In this document: positions 1 to 9,630 of the stretch, piece by piece
Numbering within the stretch: position 1 is the first letter of the stretch
Layout of the letters: each line of letters starts with the position of its first letter
UHGV virus genome: UHGV-0277313
DNA: 64,000 nucleotides
Origin: a virus
Strand: one strand, 5' to 3'
Program-made: the position numbers and the translations under genes
Notes under the pieces: generated by a model
What the model was told of the DNA's origin: nothing
Seen by the model: the letters and a program-made list of their open reading frames with translations, nothing else
The model's database searches: none

Positions 1-259
1 GACTTCGCCTTTGAACGCAACCCAGAGTGGTGTTCTTTAATTTCTTTATCACTCATGTTTTTTAGTTCAGGAAAAATATTTCTGGCCGTATTACAATGCA
101 GATCAGCACCTGACAGTAGTACATCTCGAAGTGTTGGATCACAACTAATAGCTGAAAAAATTCGAATTTCCAAAGTACTGTAGTCGTACGAAACTATTAT
201 ACCACCACCGTTGTGTCTTGTCAAGCTTTTTATTTTCTTTTTTGCAAAATTTTTATTTT

Positions 260-1387
260 TTATTTCCATTTTTCTAGCCAATCAGTAAAATCTTTCATGT
301 TAAAGAATTCGAGATATTTTAAGTTGTTTTGTTTAGCTACTTCTCGTTTTTTGACATCCAAAACAGTCCAATTATGAATTGCTAAATTATAAAAATTTTT
401 ACTTCTGCCTTTGAAATTGTTTTCATCAGCTGAAGCCTTCCATTTATTAACGAGTTTAATGTCTTCAATATTGTTTTTATCAAAAGGATGAGGTCCATGC
501 GTCCACATTCCTTGATATTCAATAAATAAATCCAAAGAAGGAATATAAAAGTCACATTTATACGGATATCTGTCTTCCATATATTGATCTTTAACCTCGT
601 TACCAAATTTTTCTTGTAATAGTTTTAATATTTCAACTTCTTCACTTGAGTAGTTAAAAGAGTTGTTTAACTTTTTAGTTGCATACTCTTTTTCACGAAT
701 TTTTTTATTAAACTCGTCACCGCCGCCATTAGAAGGCCACAGTTGTTTAAACTGATCTGATTGTGAAAAGTATTCGACACCGTAACGTTCCTTCATGGTT
801 TCTTTACGTTTGTTAATATCGCCGAATTTGTTGCCATATTTTTCGAGACGAGTTTCCTGACTTTTTTCTTGAAATTCTTTTACTTGCATAGCATTTTCGA
901 CACCATAACGTTCTTTAATGGTTTCTTTAGCTTTTTTCTGATTTTCAGCATTAGAAAAAGGTGATTTTCCGTCCCATTTTTCAAGTGTCTTTTTATGAGT
1001 ATCTTTATTTTGAAGATTATATGCAACACCGTATTTTTTAATTGTAGATTGAACGCTACGTTTCAAGCGAAAATCTTTAGCGTGTTCAGCGCAGCAAGCA
1101 CTGTAAGTGACTTTAGCTTTATTAAACATGCCAATTTTACCGCAAGTACATGTTGCAGTTTCTACGATTTCTTCGACATTACCAATACTTTTCCACAAAA
1201 ACAATTCAAGATTGTTTGGAATATATTTAGTATGCAAGTTATCAAGAATTTGCTTGCATGCAGCTTTGTTTATAGAATTACCACGTTGTAATTCATCATG
1301 AAGTGTATGAAGATTAGGAAGGCATGTTTCCACACATTCTTTAAATTCTTCAACAGTCACATCTTGTCGTTTATTATAGTCAACCAT
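260..1387 (-). CDS. homing-endonuclease-like protein (N-terminal Cys/His cluster, tandem K-rich ERYGV repeats, C-terminal Vsr/PD-(D/E)XK-like nuclease motif)
   Basis: 375-aa ORF; repeats KKAKETIKERYGVEN / QETRLEKYGNKFGD / RKETMKERYGVEY; C-terminal YPYKCDFYIPSLDLFIEYQGMWTH resembles Vsr/DUF559-type endonuclease core. Confidence 0.55.
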   Translation of the reverse strand: MVDYNKRQDVTVEEFKECVETCLPNLHTLHDELQRGNSINKAACKQILDNLHTKYIPNNLELFLWKSIGNVEEIVETATCTCGKIGMFNKAKVTYSACCAEHAKDFRLKRSVQSTIKKYGVAYNLQNKDTHKKTLEKWDGKSPFSNAENQKKAKETIKERYGVENAMQVKEFQEKSQETRLEKYGNKFGDINKRKETMKERYGVEYFSQSDQFKQLWPSNGGGDEFNKKIREKEYATKKLNNSFNYSSEEVEILKLLQEKFGNEVKDQYMEDRYPYKCDFYIPSLDLFIEYQGMWTHGPHPFDKNNIEDIKLVNKWKASADENNFKGRSKNFYNLAIHNWTVLDVKKREVAKQNNLKYLEFFNMKDFTDWLEKWK

Positions 1388-1466
1388 TTCGCGAATAGCC
1401 TTTATCTGTTTCAGTACATGTATTTATACTATATTTCAAAACAAATGTCAACAGTTTATATAATGG

Positions 1467-2408
1467 TTATTTCTTTTTCCAAATCAAAAGGACTTCACCA
1501 TTTCTTGAAACATTACCTTTACGTTGAAAATGATTATTATTTGTATGGGAACCTATTTCTTGTTCTTTAATGAAATCGAAAACAGTATCATCCACCACGC
1601 TCATCATTTTTTCTTTAAATTTATTACTGATGATGAATGCGAAGATTTTGCAAGAATCTTTAGAAGTAGCTGTTTTTACAACATTACTCCACCAAATCAG
1701 AAAGTCTTTTTTGGAAAGGTGTTCAGCGCCTTTATCTGAATAGATTTCTTGATTAAAGTAAGGGGGACAAGTGAATACAGCTTCATAAGCTTGATCGGGA
1801 ATAAAATCTTCTGCATCATTGTTATTGAAGAAAACGCTATCAGAAATGTTATTATCAAGTGTTTTCATATCTTTATACATTTCTTTAACATTATTATATG
1901 TAGCTGTATTAATGTCATTGTATATGTATGTAATATCTGGAATTGAGATAGCTCCTAAACAACGGTGTCCCCACCCACCACAAGGGTCATATATAGATTT
2001 AACATTAAAATCTTTAATGAATTGTTTAATATAAAATGGTGAATGATAACTTTTGCCACGGTAGATTCCGGCTTTGCGAAACCCTTGAATAACTTCACCT
2101 TTAGTTAATTCACCAAAACCTTTATTGATATATTGTTTGCGATTTTGATATAGCCAATCACGCAAAGGCATTCCGTGATAGTTTTCATTTTTATTCCACA
2201 TATCAATTTCATGTTTAAACATTTCTTTTGATTGATATTTATTGACGATTTTATTTGTATTGTATAATGCAGAATATCCACGATCTTCTTTTTTAATATG
2301 TTTCCATTCTTGTAGAATTGATTTGTCAGAAACTTCGATATAAAGATCATCATAATAAGAAGCGGGGTAATTAGGTTGTGTTTTAGTTATCATTTTAGTT
2401 ATTTCCAC
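1467..2408 (-). CDS. DNA methyltransferase (amino-MTase: motif I DPCGGWG, motif IV TCPPY)
   Basis: 313-aa ORF with FxGxG-like DPCGGWGHR followed by FTCPPYF (DPPY-type catalytic motif of N6A/N4C MTases). Confidence 0.7.
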   Translation of the reverse strand: MEITKMITKTQPNYPASYYDDLYIEVSDKSILQEWKHIKKEDRGYSALYNTNKIVNKYQSKEMFKHEIDMWNKNENYHGMPLRDWLYQNRKQYINKGFGELTKGEVIQGFRKAGIYRGKSYHSPFYIKQFIKDFNVKSIYDPCGGWGHRCLGAISIPDITYIYNDINTATYNNVKEMYKDMKTLDNNISDSVFFNNNDAEDFIPDQAYEAVFTCPPYFNQEIYSDKGAEHLSKKDFLIWWSNVVKTATSKDSCKIFAFIISNKFKEKMMSVVDDTVFDFIKEQEIGSHTNNNHFQRKGNVSRNGEVLLIWKKK

Positions 2409-2553
2409 AAATTAGTGAATCTTTAAAGATATGAATAAATTATCAGAAACTTTATTAGCTGTCAATTTAAAAATTAATTAAATTGCGAATTTGTTTAGAA
2501 CAAATAACTAAAGTTCTAAATTTATAATTTAACACAACATATGGTGTATTAAA

Positions 2554-2838
2554 ATGTCTGATGAAACTTTAAATTTTGACAATCTTCCAGATATGGAAAA
2601 CTTAATGCAAGAAGATGATGCCGATTCAAATGTTGCTGAAATTGAAAACAACGATTCAGCAAACAATGAAAATGAAGCAGATGACATTGAAAATGAAATG
2701 GAAGCTTCCGAAGATAATGATGAAGATTTTGAAGAATCCGTGATTACATTATTCAATAAAAGTCTTGCTGAAATGGTTGAAAAAGAAACTTTCGATAATA
2801 AAGCGTTGCATGAAGCTTTTGTAAAAGCTTTAGGTTAA
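2554..2838 (+). CDS. highly acidic small protein (about 35 percent D/E), possible DNA mimic
   Basis: 94-aa ORF, SD upstream, runs of D/E/N (EDDADSNVAEIENNDSANNENEADDIENEMEASEDNDEDFEE). Confidence 0.55.
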   Translation: MSDETLNFDNLPDMENLMQEDDADSNVAEIENNDSANNENEADDIENEMEASEDNDEDFEESVITLFNKSLAEMVEKETFDNKALHEAFVKALG

Positions 2839-2858
2839 TTCTATAATAGGTAAGAACA

Positions 2859-3311
2859 ATGGCGGATAATAAACCAGTTGCATATCGTTATGATGATAAA
2901 GGGTATTATATTGGTGAGATTACTTGTCAATTAGATCCTCTAGAATCAAAACTAGCAGGAAAGTCTATATATTTAGTTCCAGGTGAATCAACTTTAGTAA
3001 AACCTTTAAAAGGAAAAGAAGGTTTTAAAGTTAAATGGGACAGTGATTCGTATAAATGGTTTTACGAAGAAGTAATAGTAGAAAAGCCTGAAGAATATGT
3101 TCCGACTGAAGCTGAAAAACTTCAAATGGAAATTTCACAGAAGAAAGGTGAATTGTATAAATCCGATTATAAAGCAATTAAATACGCCGAAGGCTGGATT
3201 TCAGAAGAAGAGTACGCACCTGTAAAAGCTGAAAGACAAGCGATTAGAGACGAAATAAACGCTCTAGAAGCAAAGTTAGCTGAAATCAACGGGAATACAG
3301 CTCAATCTTAA
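2859..3311 (+). CDS. hypothetical protein (weak resemblance to tail-fibre assembly/chaperone C-termini)
   Basis: 150-aa ORF with SD (taggtaagaacaATG); convergent with tail-fibre gene; followed by bidirectional terminator. Confidence 0.5.
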   Translation: MADNKPVAYRYDDKGYYIGEITCQLDPLESKLAGKSIYLVPGESTLVKPLKGKEGFKVKWDSDSYKWFYEEVIVEKPEEYVPTEAEKLQMEISQKKGELYKSDYKAIKYAEGWISEEEYAPVKAERQAIRDEINALEAKLAEINGNTAQS

Positions 3312-3331
3312 TTAAATTGTTGTGTTAATTA

Positions 3332-3358
3332 GAAAGGCCGCTTTAAGCGGCCTTTCTT
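3332..3358. terminator. bidirectional intrinsic terminator between convergent genes
   Basis: perfect hairpin gaaaggccgc-ttta-gcggcctttc flanked by A-run upstream and T-run downstream. Confidence 0.8.
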
Positions 3359-3365
3359 TTTATGT

Positions 3366-6005
3366 TTATGCAATGTTGAATGTTGGATAACGTGATTTGA
3401 CATAAGGATGAATTTTGTCATCTTTATCTGTATACACGTAGAACAACTGTTTATCAGCGATTTGCGAACCACAAACCAAAGGCATATCTTCTTCAGCAAT
3501 AGGTTGCATCATTTCACCATTTGGCATTCTGAAATTGTAAATATTGATTACAATTTTTTCAGGAGCGAACAGATTGTTTTCTTCAATTTTATCAAGTGGT
3601 GAAGTATAGTCTTGACAAATGATCATGCCAGCCCATTGTGGTGTTGTATCCCAATGGTCGCATGAACAATTTGTAAAGTTCACTGTCATTGAAGTGTTTG
3701 TTCTGTTTGACAAGCGCAATACGTTTGATACATGTTCAAAGTAGCAATTATTAAAGTTAACAATTGCACCAGCTTGAGTACCAAAAATTGAAACAGCATT
3801 GTTTGTAAAGTTACCACGGAAGTTGCAATTTTCAAACAAGATGTTTTTAGCTAATTTATCACCAGCCAAACCAATTTCAATACAGTTATATAAGGTTGCA
3901 TCAATATTCATATTTCTGAAAGTAATTGTTTCAGAATCGCTGACAGCAACAACTGTATTTCCGCTAGATTTCTTGAATTCACCAGTGATTGTTGTATCAA
4001 TCATACGAGTTTCTTCAGCAGCAGAAACTTTTACACGGGCGTCGTTTGTGACTGTAGCGCCTTTTAGATCAACTGATTTACCTGTTGCACTCAATGTTGC
4101 AGCAACGTTACCTGAAATAACATAGTCTTTTGTTGTATCAGACAATGTTGTAGGTTCAGTTGTTTCAATTGTAACAGGTTCAATTGATGTTTTCGACAAT
4201 TGAGAAACACGTTCTTCAAGAGCAGTTAAGCGTGTCAAAGCGGATTCAGCTGAACCAGACGCTGATACAGCAGTTTGTTTAACTGAATTCAATTCTGATT
4301 TATCAGCTTTCAGATTGATAGAACCGTTCAAACCTTCAACTTCTGTCGTTAATTCAGCTTTATCAGCTTTTGTATTAACGGTTTCAGTTAAGGCTTCAAC
4401 ATCAGCTTTAGCAGCTTTTGTTTCTAATGTTGAATTGATACCTGAAACAGAGGATGTCAATTCATCTTTATCAGCCTTCAGAGCCAAACCAGAAGTTAAT
4501 TCTTCTTTAGAAGCGAGGCCTGAAAGATCAATACTCGCAACTTTTTCATCAACTTCAGATTTTGAATAAACTTCAGATTTTGCAGCTTTCAGTTCGACTT
4601 TTCCTGACAGTGCTTCGACTTCGGTTTTATCGGCTTTTAAAGCTAAATCTTTATCTGTTGCAATAACGTCATTGTCATTGATGGTAGCCGCGTCTTTTGA
4701 ATTCAGGTTCAAGTGAACTTTAACTGAACCAAAATCAGCAACGTCCCATTTTGACAACATAGCTAGATTTGCACCGTCACCATTTGTCATGACACCAGAA
4801 AGAGCACCATGATTTTCCATCTGAATAAATTTGCGACCTTCATAATCACTGAAAGTAACAACTTTATCTTTATTGACATCAAGCTGATTCTCGTTGAGGG
4901 TTAAGTTTTCAGACGCTGCTAATTTGTCTTGCTTTTTAGCAACTTCATCCATCGCGGCTTTTTCAGCAGCTTTAGCACGTTCAGCTTCTAGTTGTAGATC
5001 TGAAGCAACAGCGCCAACTTTTTCATTGACTTCTGTCTTTTCAGCAAATGTTGACAGATCAATTGTTTCAGAAAGTTTATCCCATTCTGAACCATCCCAT
5101 GCATAATTGGCACCAGTTGATTTAACATTGTAAACATCGCCAATTTCAGCATCAGAAGGTAAGTCATTTGTTGTTTCCACTTGACCTTTATATTTCATAA
5201 AGGAACTTGTTTTAGCATCAATTTCCGCTTTTGTGTAAGCATCGGTGATACCATAACCTTCAAGTGTTGTTGCTTTATCAGCTTTTTTGTTTAGTGTTAC
5301 TGACAGTTCAGCTTTCACAGTTTCAGCAGATGATTCAATTTGAGAAGTTGTTGTATCTGAATTCCAATAATTATCAGCAAGATTCTTTTTATCAGCATTC
5401 AAATCAGATTCGATTTTAGATAAATTTGAACCTAAAGTGTTAACTGTTGTTTGGTCAGCCTTTAGATCTAATTTTTCAGAAATAGTTGTCATTTCTGATT
5501 TGTCAGCTTTTTCAGCTAAAGAAGAATCAAGCTTGCCATCTAAATCTGAAACTGAAAGTTTAACTTCAGCAATAGCAGAAGTATTTTCAGCAACTTTCCG
5601 TTCCAATTCAGCTGTTGAACCACCACTTCCAGATTGTTCAACCCAATTAACAAACCCACCTTCAACAACAGAAAGGACTTTCCCTTCCATTCCTTCAGAA
5701 GAAGGTAAGCATTTTCCGGTTGTTGTTAAATCAGTATTTTCAGCAACATACCGACCGTCTTCTTTATACAGTTTTGTGTATGTGTTTTTGACACGAGCAC
5801 CATTACGAGCTAAATGAACTGTAATAGCAACACTGCTATCAAGTTTAATTTCACCCATATCAGATTGATAGCCTTCACGCGAAACGATCCATTTAACAAT
5901 CGTTCCTTCAGGGACTTCAATTTGATTGCGAGCAACTTCATTTAACTTAACGCTTGCGTCAGAAACGTTATCCACGAATAATTTAAACTTGCAAGTTGTA
6001 GCCAT
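3366..6005 (-). CDS. tail fibre / tailspike protein (long coiled-coil with LKADK repeats, C-terminal right-handed beta-helix-like domain)
   Basis: 879-aa ORF; repeated LKADK/ LAEKADK heptad-like segments; C-terminal NCNFRGNFTNNAVSIFG...NCYFEHV...NFTNCSCDHW typical of pectate-lyase-like beta-helix. Confidence 0.7.
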   Translation of the reverse strand: MATTCKFKLFVDNVSDASVKLNEVARNQIEVPEGTIVKWIVSREGYQSDMGEIKLDSSVAITVHLARNGARVKNTYTKLYKEDGRYVAENTDLTTTGKCLPSSEGMEGKVLSVVEGGFVNWVEQSGSGGSTAELERKVAENTSAIAEVKLSVSDLDGKLDSSLAEKADKSEMTTISEKLDLKADQTTVNTLGSNLSKIESDLNADKKNLADNYWNSDTTTSQIESSAETVKAELSVTLNKKADKATTLEGYGITDAYTKAEIDAKTSSFMKYKGQVETTNDLPSDAEIGDVYNVKSTGANYAWDGSEWDKLSETIDLSTFAEKTEVNEKVGAVASDLQLEAERAKAAEKAAMDEVAKKQDKLAASENLTLNENQLDVNKDKVVTFSDYEGRKFIQMENHGALSGVMTNGDGANLAMLSKWDVADFGSVKVHLNLNSKDAATINDNDVIATDKDLALKADKTEVEALSGKVELKAAKSEVYSKSEVDEKVASIDLSGLASKEELTSGLALKADKDELTSSVSGINSTLETKAAKADVEALTETVNTKADKAELTTEVEGLNGSINLKADKSELNSVKQTAVSASGSAESALTRLTALEERVSQLSKTSIEPVTIETTEPTTLSDTTKDYVISGNVAATLSATGKSVDLKGATVTNDARVKVSAAEETRMIDTTITGEFKKSSGNTVVAVSDSETITFRNMNIDATLYNCIEIGLAGDKLAKNILFENCNFRGNFTNNAVSIFGTQAGAIVNFNNCYFEHVSNVLRLSNRTNTSMTVNFTNCSCDHWDTTPQWAGMIICQDYTSPLDKIEENNLFAPEKIVINIYNFRMPNGEMMQPIAEEDMPLVCGSQIADKQLFYVYTDKDDKIHPYVKSRYPTFNIA

Positions 6006-6062
6006 AGGCTTTCTCCGTTAAGAATTTAGTTTCTTCAAATTCAAGAACGGTTTTTTAATTGT

Positions 6063-6467
6063 TCAATCTTGCTTTAGCTTCGTTTCGTCAACTGCACCAA
6101 ATTGAATATGAGTTATTGTACCGTCATCATCAGAATAATAAACGTTTTTAATTCCAACATGCCTAATGATTTTTTCACACATAGGGCAAGGTTTTGCACA
6201 ACCAACAACTTTATCTTTAGAGTAACGATACACTAGAATTGAACAACCTTTTAGTTTATTCCAATCAACTTTTAACAGGGCAGATTGTTCAGCATGCAAA
6301 GATTCAGGCCAATGACGATGTTTCATAGGAATGCTAGAGCTACGAATGTCATTATAACCACGAGAAAAAATTCGTTTTCCTTTAAAAATAATAGCTCCAA
6401 TACGAGGGTAGCAAGTAGATTTTTTAGCTTCTTCAATAGCTGCATTAACAATAGATTGATAGATCAT
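6063..6467 (-). CDS. dCMP (cytidine/deoxycytidylate) deaminase
   Basis: 134-aa ORF with zinc-binding HAEQSAL and PCPMCEK (H[AC]E ... PCxxC) motifs of the CDA/dCMP deaminase family. Confidence 0.8.
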   Translation of the reverse strand: MIYQSIVNAAIEEAKKSTCYPRIGAIIFKGKRIFSRGYNDIRSSSIPMKHRHWPESLHAEQSALLKVDWNKLKGCSILVYRYSKDKVVGCAKPCPMCEKIIRHVGIKNVYYSDDDGTITHIQFGAVDETKLKQD

Positions 6468-6539
6468 TTAGTTCGTCTTTGTTCCTGTTAAACAATAAAT
6501 AATTTATATCACACACATAGGATATTGTCAACAGTAATT

Positions 6540-7040
6540 TTAAATTTTATCTAAAACGTCTTCATAGCTTTTAAAAACAATATCGCTTAGTGCATCTTTT
6601 GCGTTGTAGTATGTTTTGCAATAGTCATGCTCAAAGTCAATTGGTTCATTTATTTGATGTTTGCAAAAATCTTTTGTTTTGGGTTCGTATAGAAGAAAAG
6701 TTGTAGGAAGTCTAACAACTAACATTGGAGGATTTTGTTCAGTTGCACTTTTCCATGCAAAGAATTGTACTATAAATCCTTTGTATTGTTGTTTGATAAA
6801 AGAAGACATTTCATTAAATAAATCATAGTCTGTATCAAAATAAATTGTTGTACTATCAGTGTCTTCAGTAAAGCTTTTGATTGTTTCAAAATTAGCGAAA
6901 TTGTCTTCAAAATTTAGTTCGTTAGTTAAATTGTCTTTAGAAATAGTTAGACAGATAGCTTTACCGTTAATCGCATAGTAGCTAAACAGATAATAGACGT
7001 CATCAAATTTTGATTCATTGCAAACTTTAAAATATTCCAT
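6540..7040 (-). CDS. paralog-array protein 1 (C-terminus ...FKSYEDVLDKI)
   Basis: 166-aa ORF, member of 7-gene tandem family sharing the C-terminal block AF.DPIF.NYIDVLNEI. Confidence 0.6.
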   Translation of the reverse strand: MEYFKVCNESKFDDVYYLFSYYAINGKAICLTISKDNLTNELNFEDNFANFETIKSFTEDTDSTTIYFDTDYDLFNEMSSFIKQQYKGFIVQFFAWKSATEQNPPMLVVRLPTTFLLYEPKTKDFCKHQINEPIDFEHDYCKTYYNAKDALSDIVFKSYEDVLDKI

Positions 7041-7049
7041 AAAAATCCT

Positions 7050-7529
7050 TTAAATTTCATTAAGAACATCTTGATAGCTGAACATTTCAGGTGATTTCAA
7101 TGCATCAGAAACAGTATCATAGTATTCAATGATTTTAAAATTTTCTGTATTCTTTCCAGACCATAGCGGTTTGGCATCAAAATCATTTGCTAATCTATAT
7201 ACTTGAACAGCATCAATGTCAATTATAATTATTGAAGTATGCAACAAACCAATCACAGTGTGTCCGGTATTTTTATCAAGTAATGTGCAAATTACAGGTT
7301 CAATATTATTTTCCTCTAAAGTATCGTCTAAATGTGACAGCATTTCTTTCAAGGAATTGTTGTGAATAATTTTATATTCTTTATTTGGAATTTTAGAAGG
7401 AAATATATATAGACGATTGTCGTCTATATAAAGTGCTTGAACTGTTGTTGTATCTTCTGTTTTATTAAACACTTCTAAAACATAAATAATATTTTTTGAG
7501 AAGATAATATCAAATTGTTTTATTTGCAT
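7050..7529 (-). CDS. paralog-array protein 2 (C-terminus ...FSYQDVLNEI)
   Basis: 159-aa ORF, tandem family member. Confidence 0.6.
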   Translation of the reverse strand: MQIKQFDIIFSKNIIYVLEVFNKTEDTTTVQALYIDDNRLYIFPSKIPNKEYKIIHNNSLKEMLSHLDDTLEENNIEPVICTLLDKNTGHTVIGLLHTSIIIIDIDAVQVYRLANDFDAKPLWSGKNTENFKIIEYYDTVSDALKSPEMFSYQDVLNEI

Positions 7530-7541
7530 GTCCTGTTCCTT

Positions 7542-8054
7542 TTAGATTTCGTTTAAAATGTCAATATAATTTTTAAAGATAGGATCTTGAAAGGCGTCTT
7601 CTATGTTTGTATAAAGTTTAACATAATTATTTTCATCTTGTAATTTAGATTCAGCGCTTGTTGAACTTAAGACTTCGAACTTTTTACTGTTTGGTGAATA
7701 AATTAAATATTGGTCATCAATGTTAATTAACAATTTTGGTTTACTGTATGCACTATCACAAAATACAAATACGTCAGAAGTATTAAGCTTGAATATTCTT
7801 TTATACGATTGTTGTATGTCATTCAACATTTCAACATCTGTATCAAAATCTGTTTTGACATAATCGTCCAAATGTTCGTCAGTAAAGTTTTTAATAATCC
7901 AGATGTTAGCATGGTGATAATCACGATTATTTGTTGTAAGAGAGAAGTTTAATGTGTTGTTAACTTCAACACCTTCAATAACATAAAATGTAATGAATGT
8001 GTCAAGTACATCAATAGTTTGTCTTGTTTTTGAATACTTACAATATTTTGTCAT
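7542..8054 (-). CDS. paralog-array protein 3 (N-terminus MTKYCKYSKTRQT, C-terminus NYIDILNEI)
   Basis: 170-aa ORF; first 13 codons plus upstream region identical at DNA level to gene at 9101..9604. Confidence 0.65.
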   Translation of the reverse strand: MTKYCKYSKTRQTIDVLDTFITFYVIEGVEVNNTLNFSLTTNNRDYHHANIWIIKNFTDEHLDDYVKTDFDTDVEMLNDIQQSYKRIFKLNTSDVFVFCDSAYSKPKLLINIDDQYLIYSPNSKKFEVLSSTSAESKLQDENNYVKLYTNIEDAFQDPIFKNYIDILNEI

Positions 8055-8080
8055 TGTTATATTCCTATTTAAATTTCGTT
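8017..8080. repeat. 64-bp exact direct repeat, copy A (spans a gene start, RBS and the preceding gene's end)
   Basis: tttgtcttgtttttgaatacttacaatattttgtcattgttatattcctatttaaatttcgtt identical to 9567..9630. Confidence 0.85.
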
Positions 8081-8584
8081 AAGTACATCAACATAGTTTT
8101 TAAAAATAGGATCGTTGAAAGCTTGCAGAATATCACTGTATTCTCGTATGTAATAATCTTCATTTTGAAGTTTCATGTTTAAAAGATATCGTGACGTAAA
8201 AAAGATTGTTTGTTTTTTAGGTGTATAAACTAAAGAATTGTTTTTATAATTTATAGCAATATTTGGTATACTTTTAAGTGATTCAGCATATACCATAATG
8301 TTGTTTGTATCAATATTATTTGCTTTCTTTATGGAATTTTCAAGATCTTCGAACATTTTGATGTCATTGTCAAAATCAACCTTCTGTAAATTTTCATTTG
8401 GAGTTTTAGGGTCGAAATTAAAACTTTGCGAAATGAGTAAATCATAGTAGTTATCTTTTTTATAATAAGTCAATAAAGTTTGAATTACACTACATTCGTT
8501 GTTCGTTGAAATACAATAATAGCTTTCATACATATCAACAAATTGTAAATGCTCTTCTCGATAATATTTATAAAAATTGCTCAT
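8069..8584 (-). CDS. paralog-array protein 4 (C-terminus NYVDVLNEI)
   Basis: 171-aa ORF, tandem family member. Confidence 0.6.
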   Translation of the reverse strand: MSNFYKYYREEHLQFVDMYESYYCISTNNECSVIQTLLTYYKKDNYYDLLISQSFNFDPKTPNENLQKVDFDNDIKMFEDLENSIKKANNIDTNNIMVYAESLKSIPNIAINYKNNSLVYTPKKQTIFFTSRYLLNMKLQNEDYYIREYSDILQAFNDPIFKNYVDVLNEI

Positions 8585-8593
8585 GTCAAACCT

Positions 8594-9100
8594 TTAAATT
8601 TCATCTAAAACATTTATATAACTTAAAAAGATTGGATCTTTAAAAGCATCTGAAATATCACTATATGTCTTAAAATAATCATATTGTTTATTGATTTCTT
8701 CTCGAATGTTGGCAACAAAATCCAAAATGATATTTTTATAAATTGGGGAGTATATCAAAATATCATTTTCAATAGGTATAATGATTTTAGGAGTTTCTTT
8801 CAGATCTGCCATTTGCCAGACATATACTTCATAATTCTTTATTTTATACATATCTGTATATAAACGTTGTATATCTTCAAATAATTCGACATCACTTGAA
8901 AAGTTGATTCTTTTATAATCATTATCTAAACTATTAAGAATTTGTATGTTGCTGCTAGTGTTGACAACATACCCATTAGAACCGTCAACGTATTGTGAAC
9001 ATACAAAAGCAAAACATTGTTTATCAATCACATAAAAATTTCTTACGTGATGTCCGCTTTTATTTGTATTCTCAAAAACATATTTACAAAATTTTGTCAT
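8594..9100 (-). CDS. paralog-array protein 5 (N-terminus MTKFCKY, C-terminus SYINVLDEI)
   Basis: 168-aa ORF, tandem family member. Confidence 0.6.
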   Translation of the reverse strand: MTKFCKYVFENTNKSGHHVRNFYVIDKQCFAFVCSQYVDGSNGYVVNTSSNIQILNSLDNDYKRINFSSDVELFEDIQRLYTDMYKIKNYEVYVWQMADLKETPKIIIPIENDILIYSPIYKNIILDFVANIREEINKQYDYFKTYSDISDAFKDPIFLSYINVLDEI

Positions 9101-9604
9101 TTAAATCTCGTTTAATACGTCAATGTAATTTGTGAATATTAAATCTTTTAAAGCAGTTTCAACAAAGTTGTATTTTTGATGATAGGCAATCTCATTTTCA
9201 TCAAACCATTGATCAACGACATATCCACTGACAGCATTAACATCGTCTGTTGCAGGTGTATATATAATAGCGTCACTTTGAATGAACATTATAAGTTTAG
9301 GTTTAGAATAGATATCATTGAATTGAATTACTAAATTCTCAACTGTCTTCTTTTCATAAAAGCTTTTATATTGATTTTGTAAATCAGAAAACAACTCTAT
9401 TGCATTATTAAAATCTGTTTTGTTTTTTTCATCTAAAGAGACAATAATTTCATCCGCATTTCCTGAAGTAATATTATATGTAGGAAAGACACGCTCAACA
9501 GAAAATTGTACTAAAATATATTTTTTATTAATAATATAATAGGCTGTATAATGTTTTCCTGTATTTGTTTGTCTTGTTTTTGAATACTTACAATATTTTG
9601 TCAT
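9101..9604 (-). CDS. paralog-array protein 6 (N-terminus MTKYCKYSKTRQT, C-terminus NYIDVLNEI)
   Basis: 167-aa ORF; zero-nt spacing to next paralog; shares the 64-bp repeat. Confidence 0.65.
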   Translation of the reverse strand: MTKYCKYSKTRQTNTGKHYTAYYIINKKYILVQFSVERVFPTYNITSGNADEIIVSLDEKNKTDFNNAIELFSDLQNQYKSFYEKKTVENLVIQFNDIYSKPKLIMFIQSDAIIYTPATDDVNAVSGYVVDQWFDENEIAYHQKYNFVETALKDLIFTNYIDVLNEI

Positions 9605-9630
9605 TGTTATATTCCTATTTAAATTTCGTT
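9567..9630. repeat. 64-bp exact direct repeat, copy B
   Basis: identical to 8017..8080; copies are 1550 bp (three gene units) apart. Confidence 0.85.

Noticed and set aside
3408-5817. Plus-strand ORFs 3408..3602, 3799..4125, 4315..4569, 4894..5106 and 5437..5817 inside the tail-fibre gene
   Set aside because: Antisense to a long, well-supported CDS; low-complexity Ser/Ala-rich translations typical of reverse-frame artefacts of the coiled-coil repeats.
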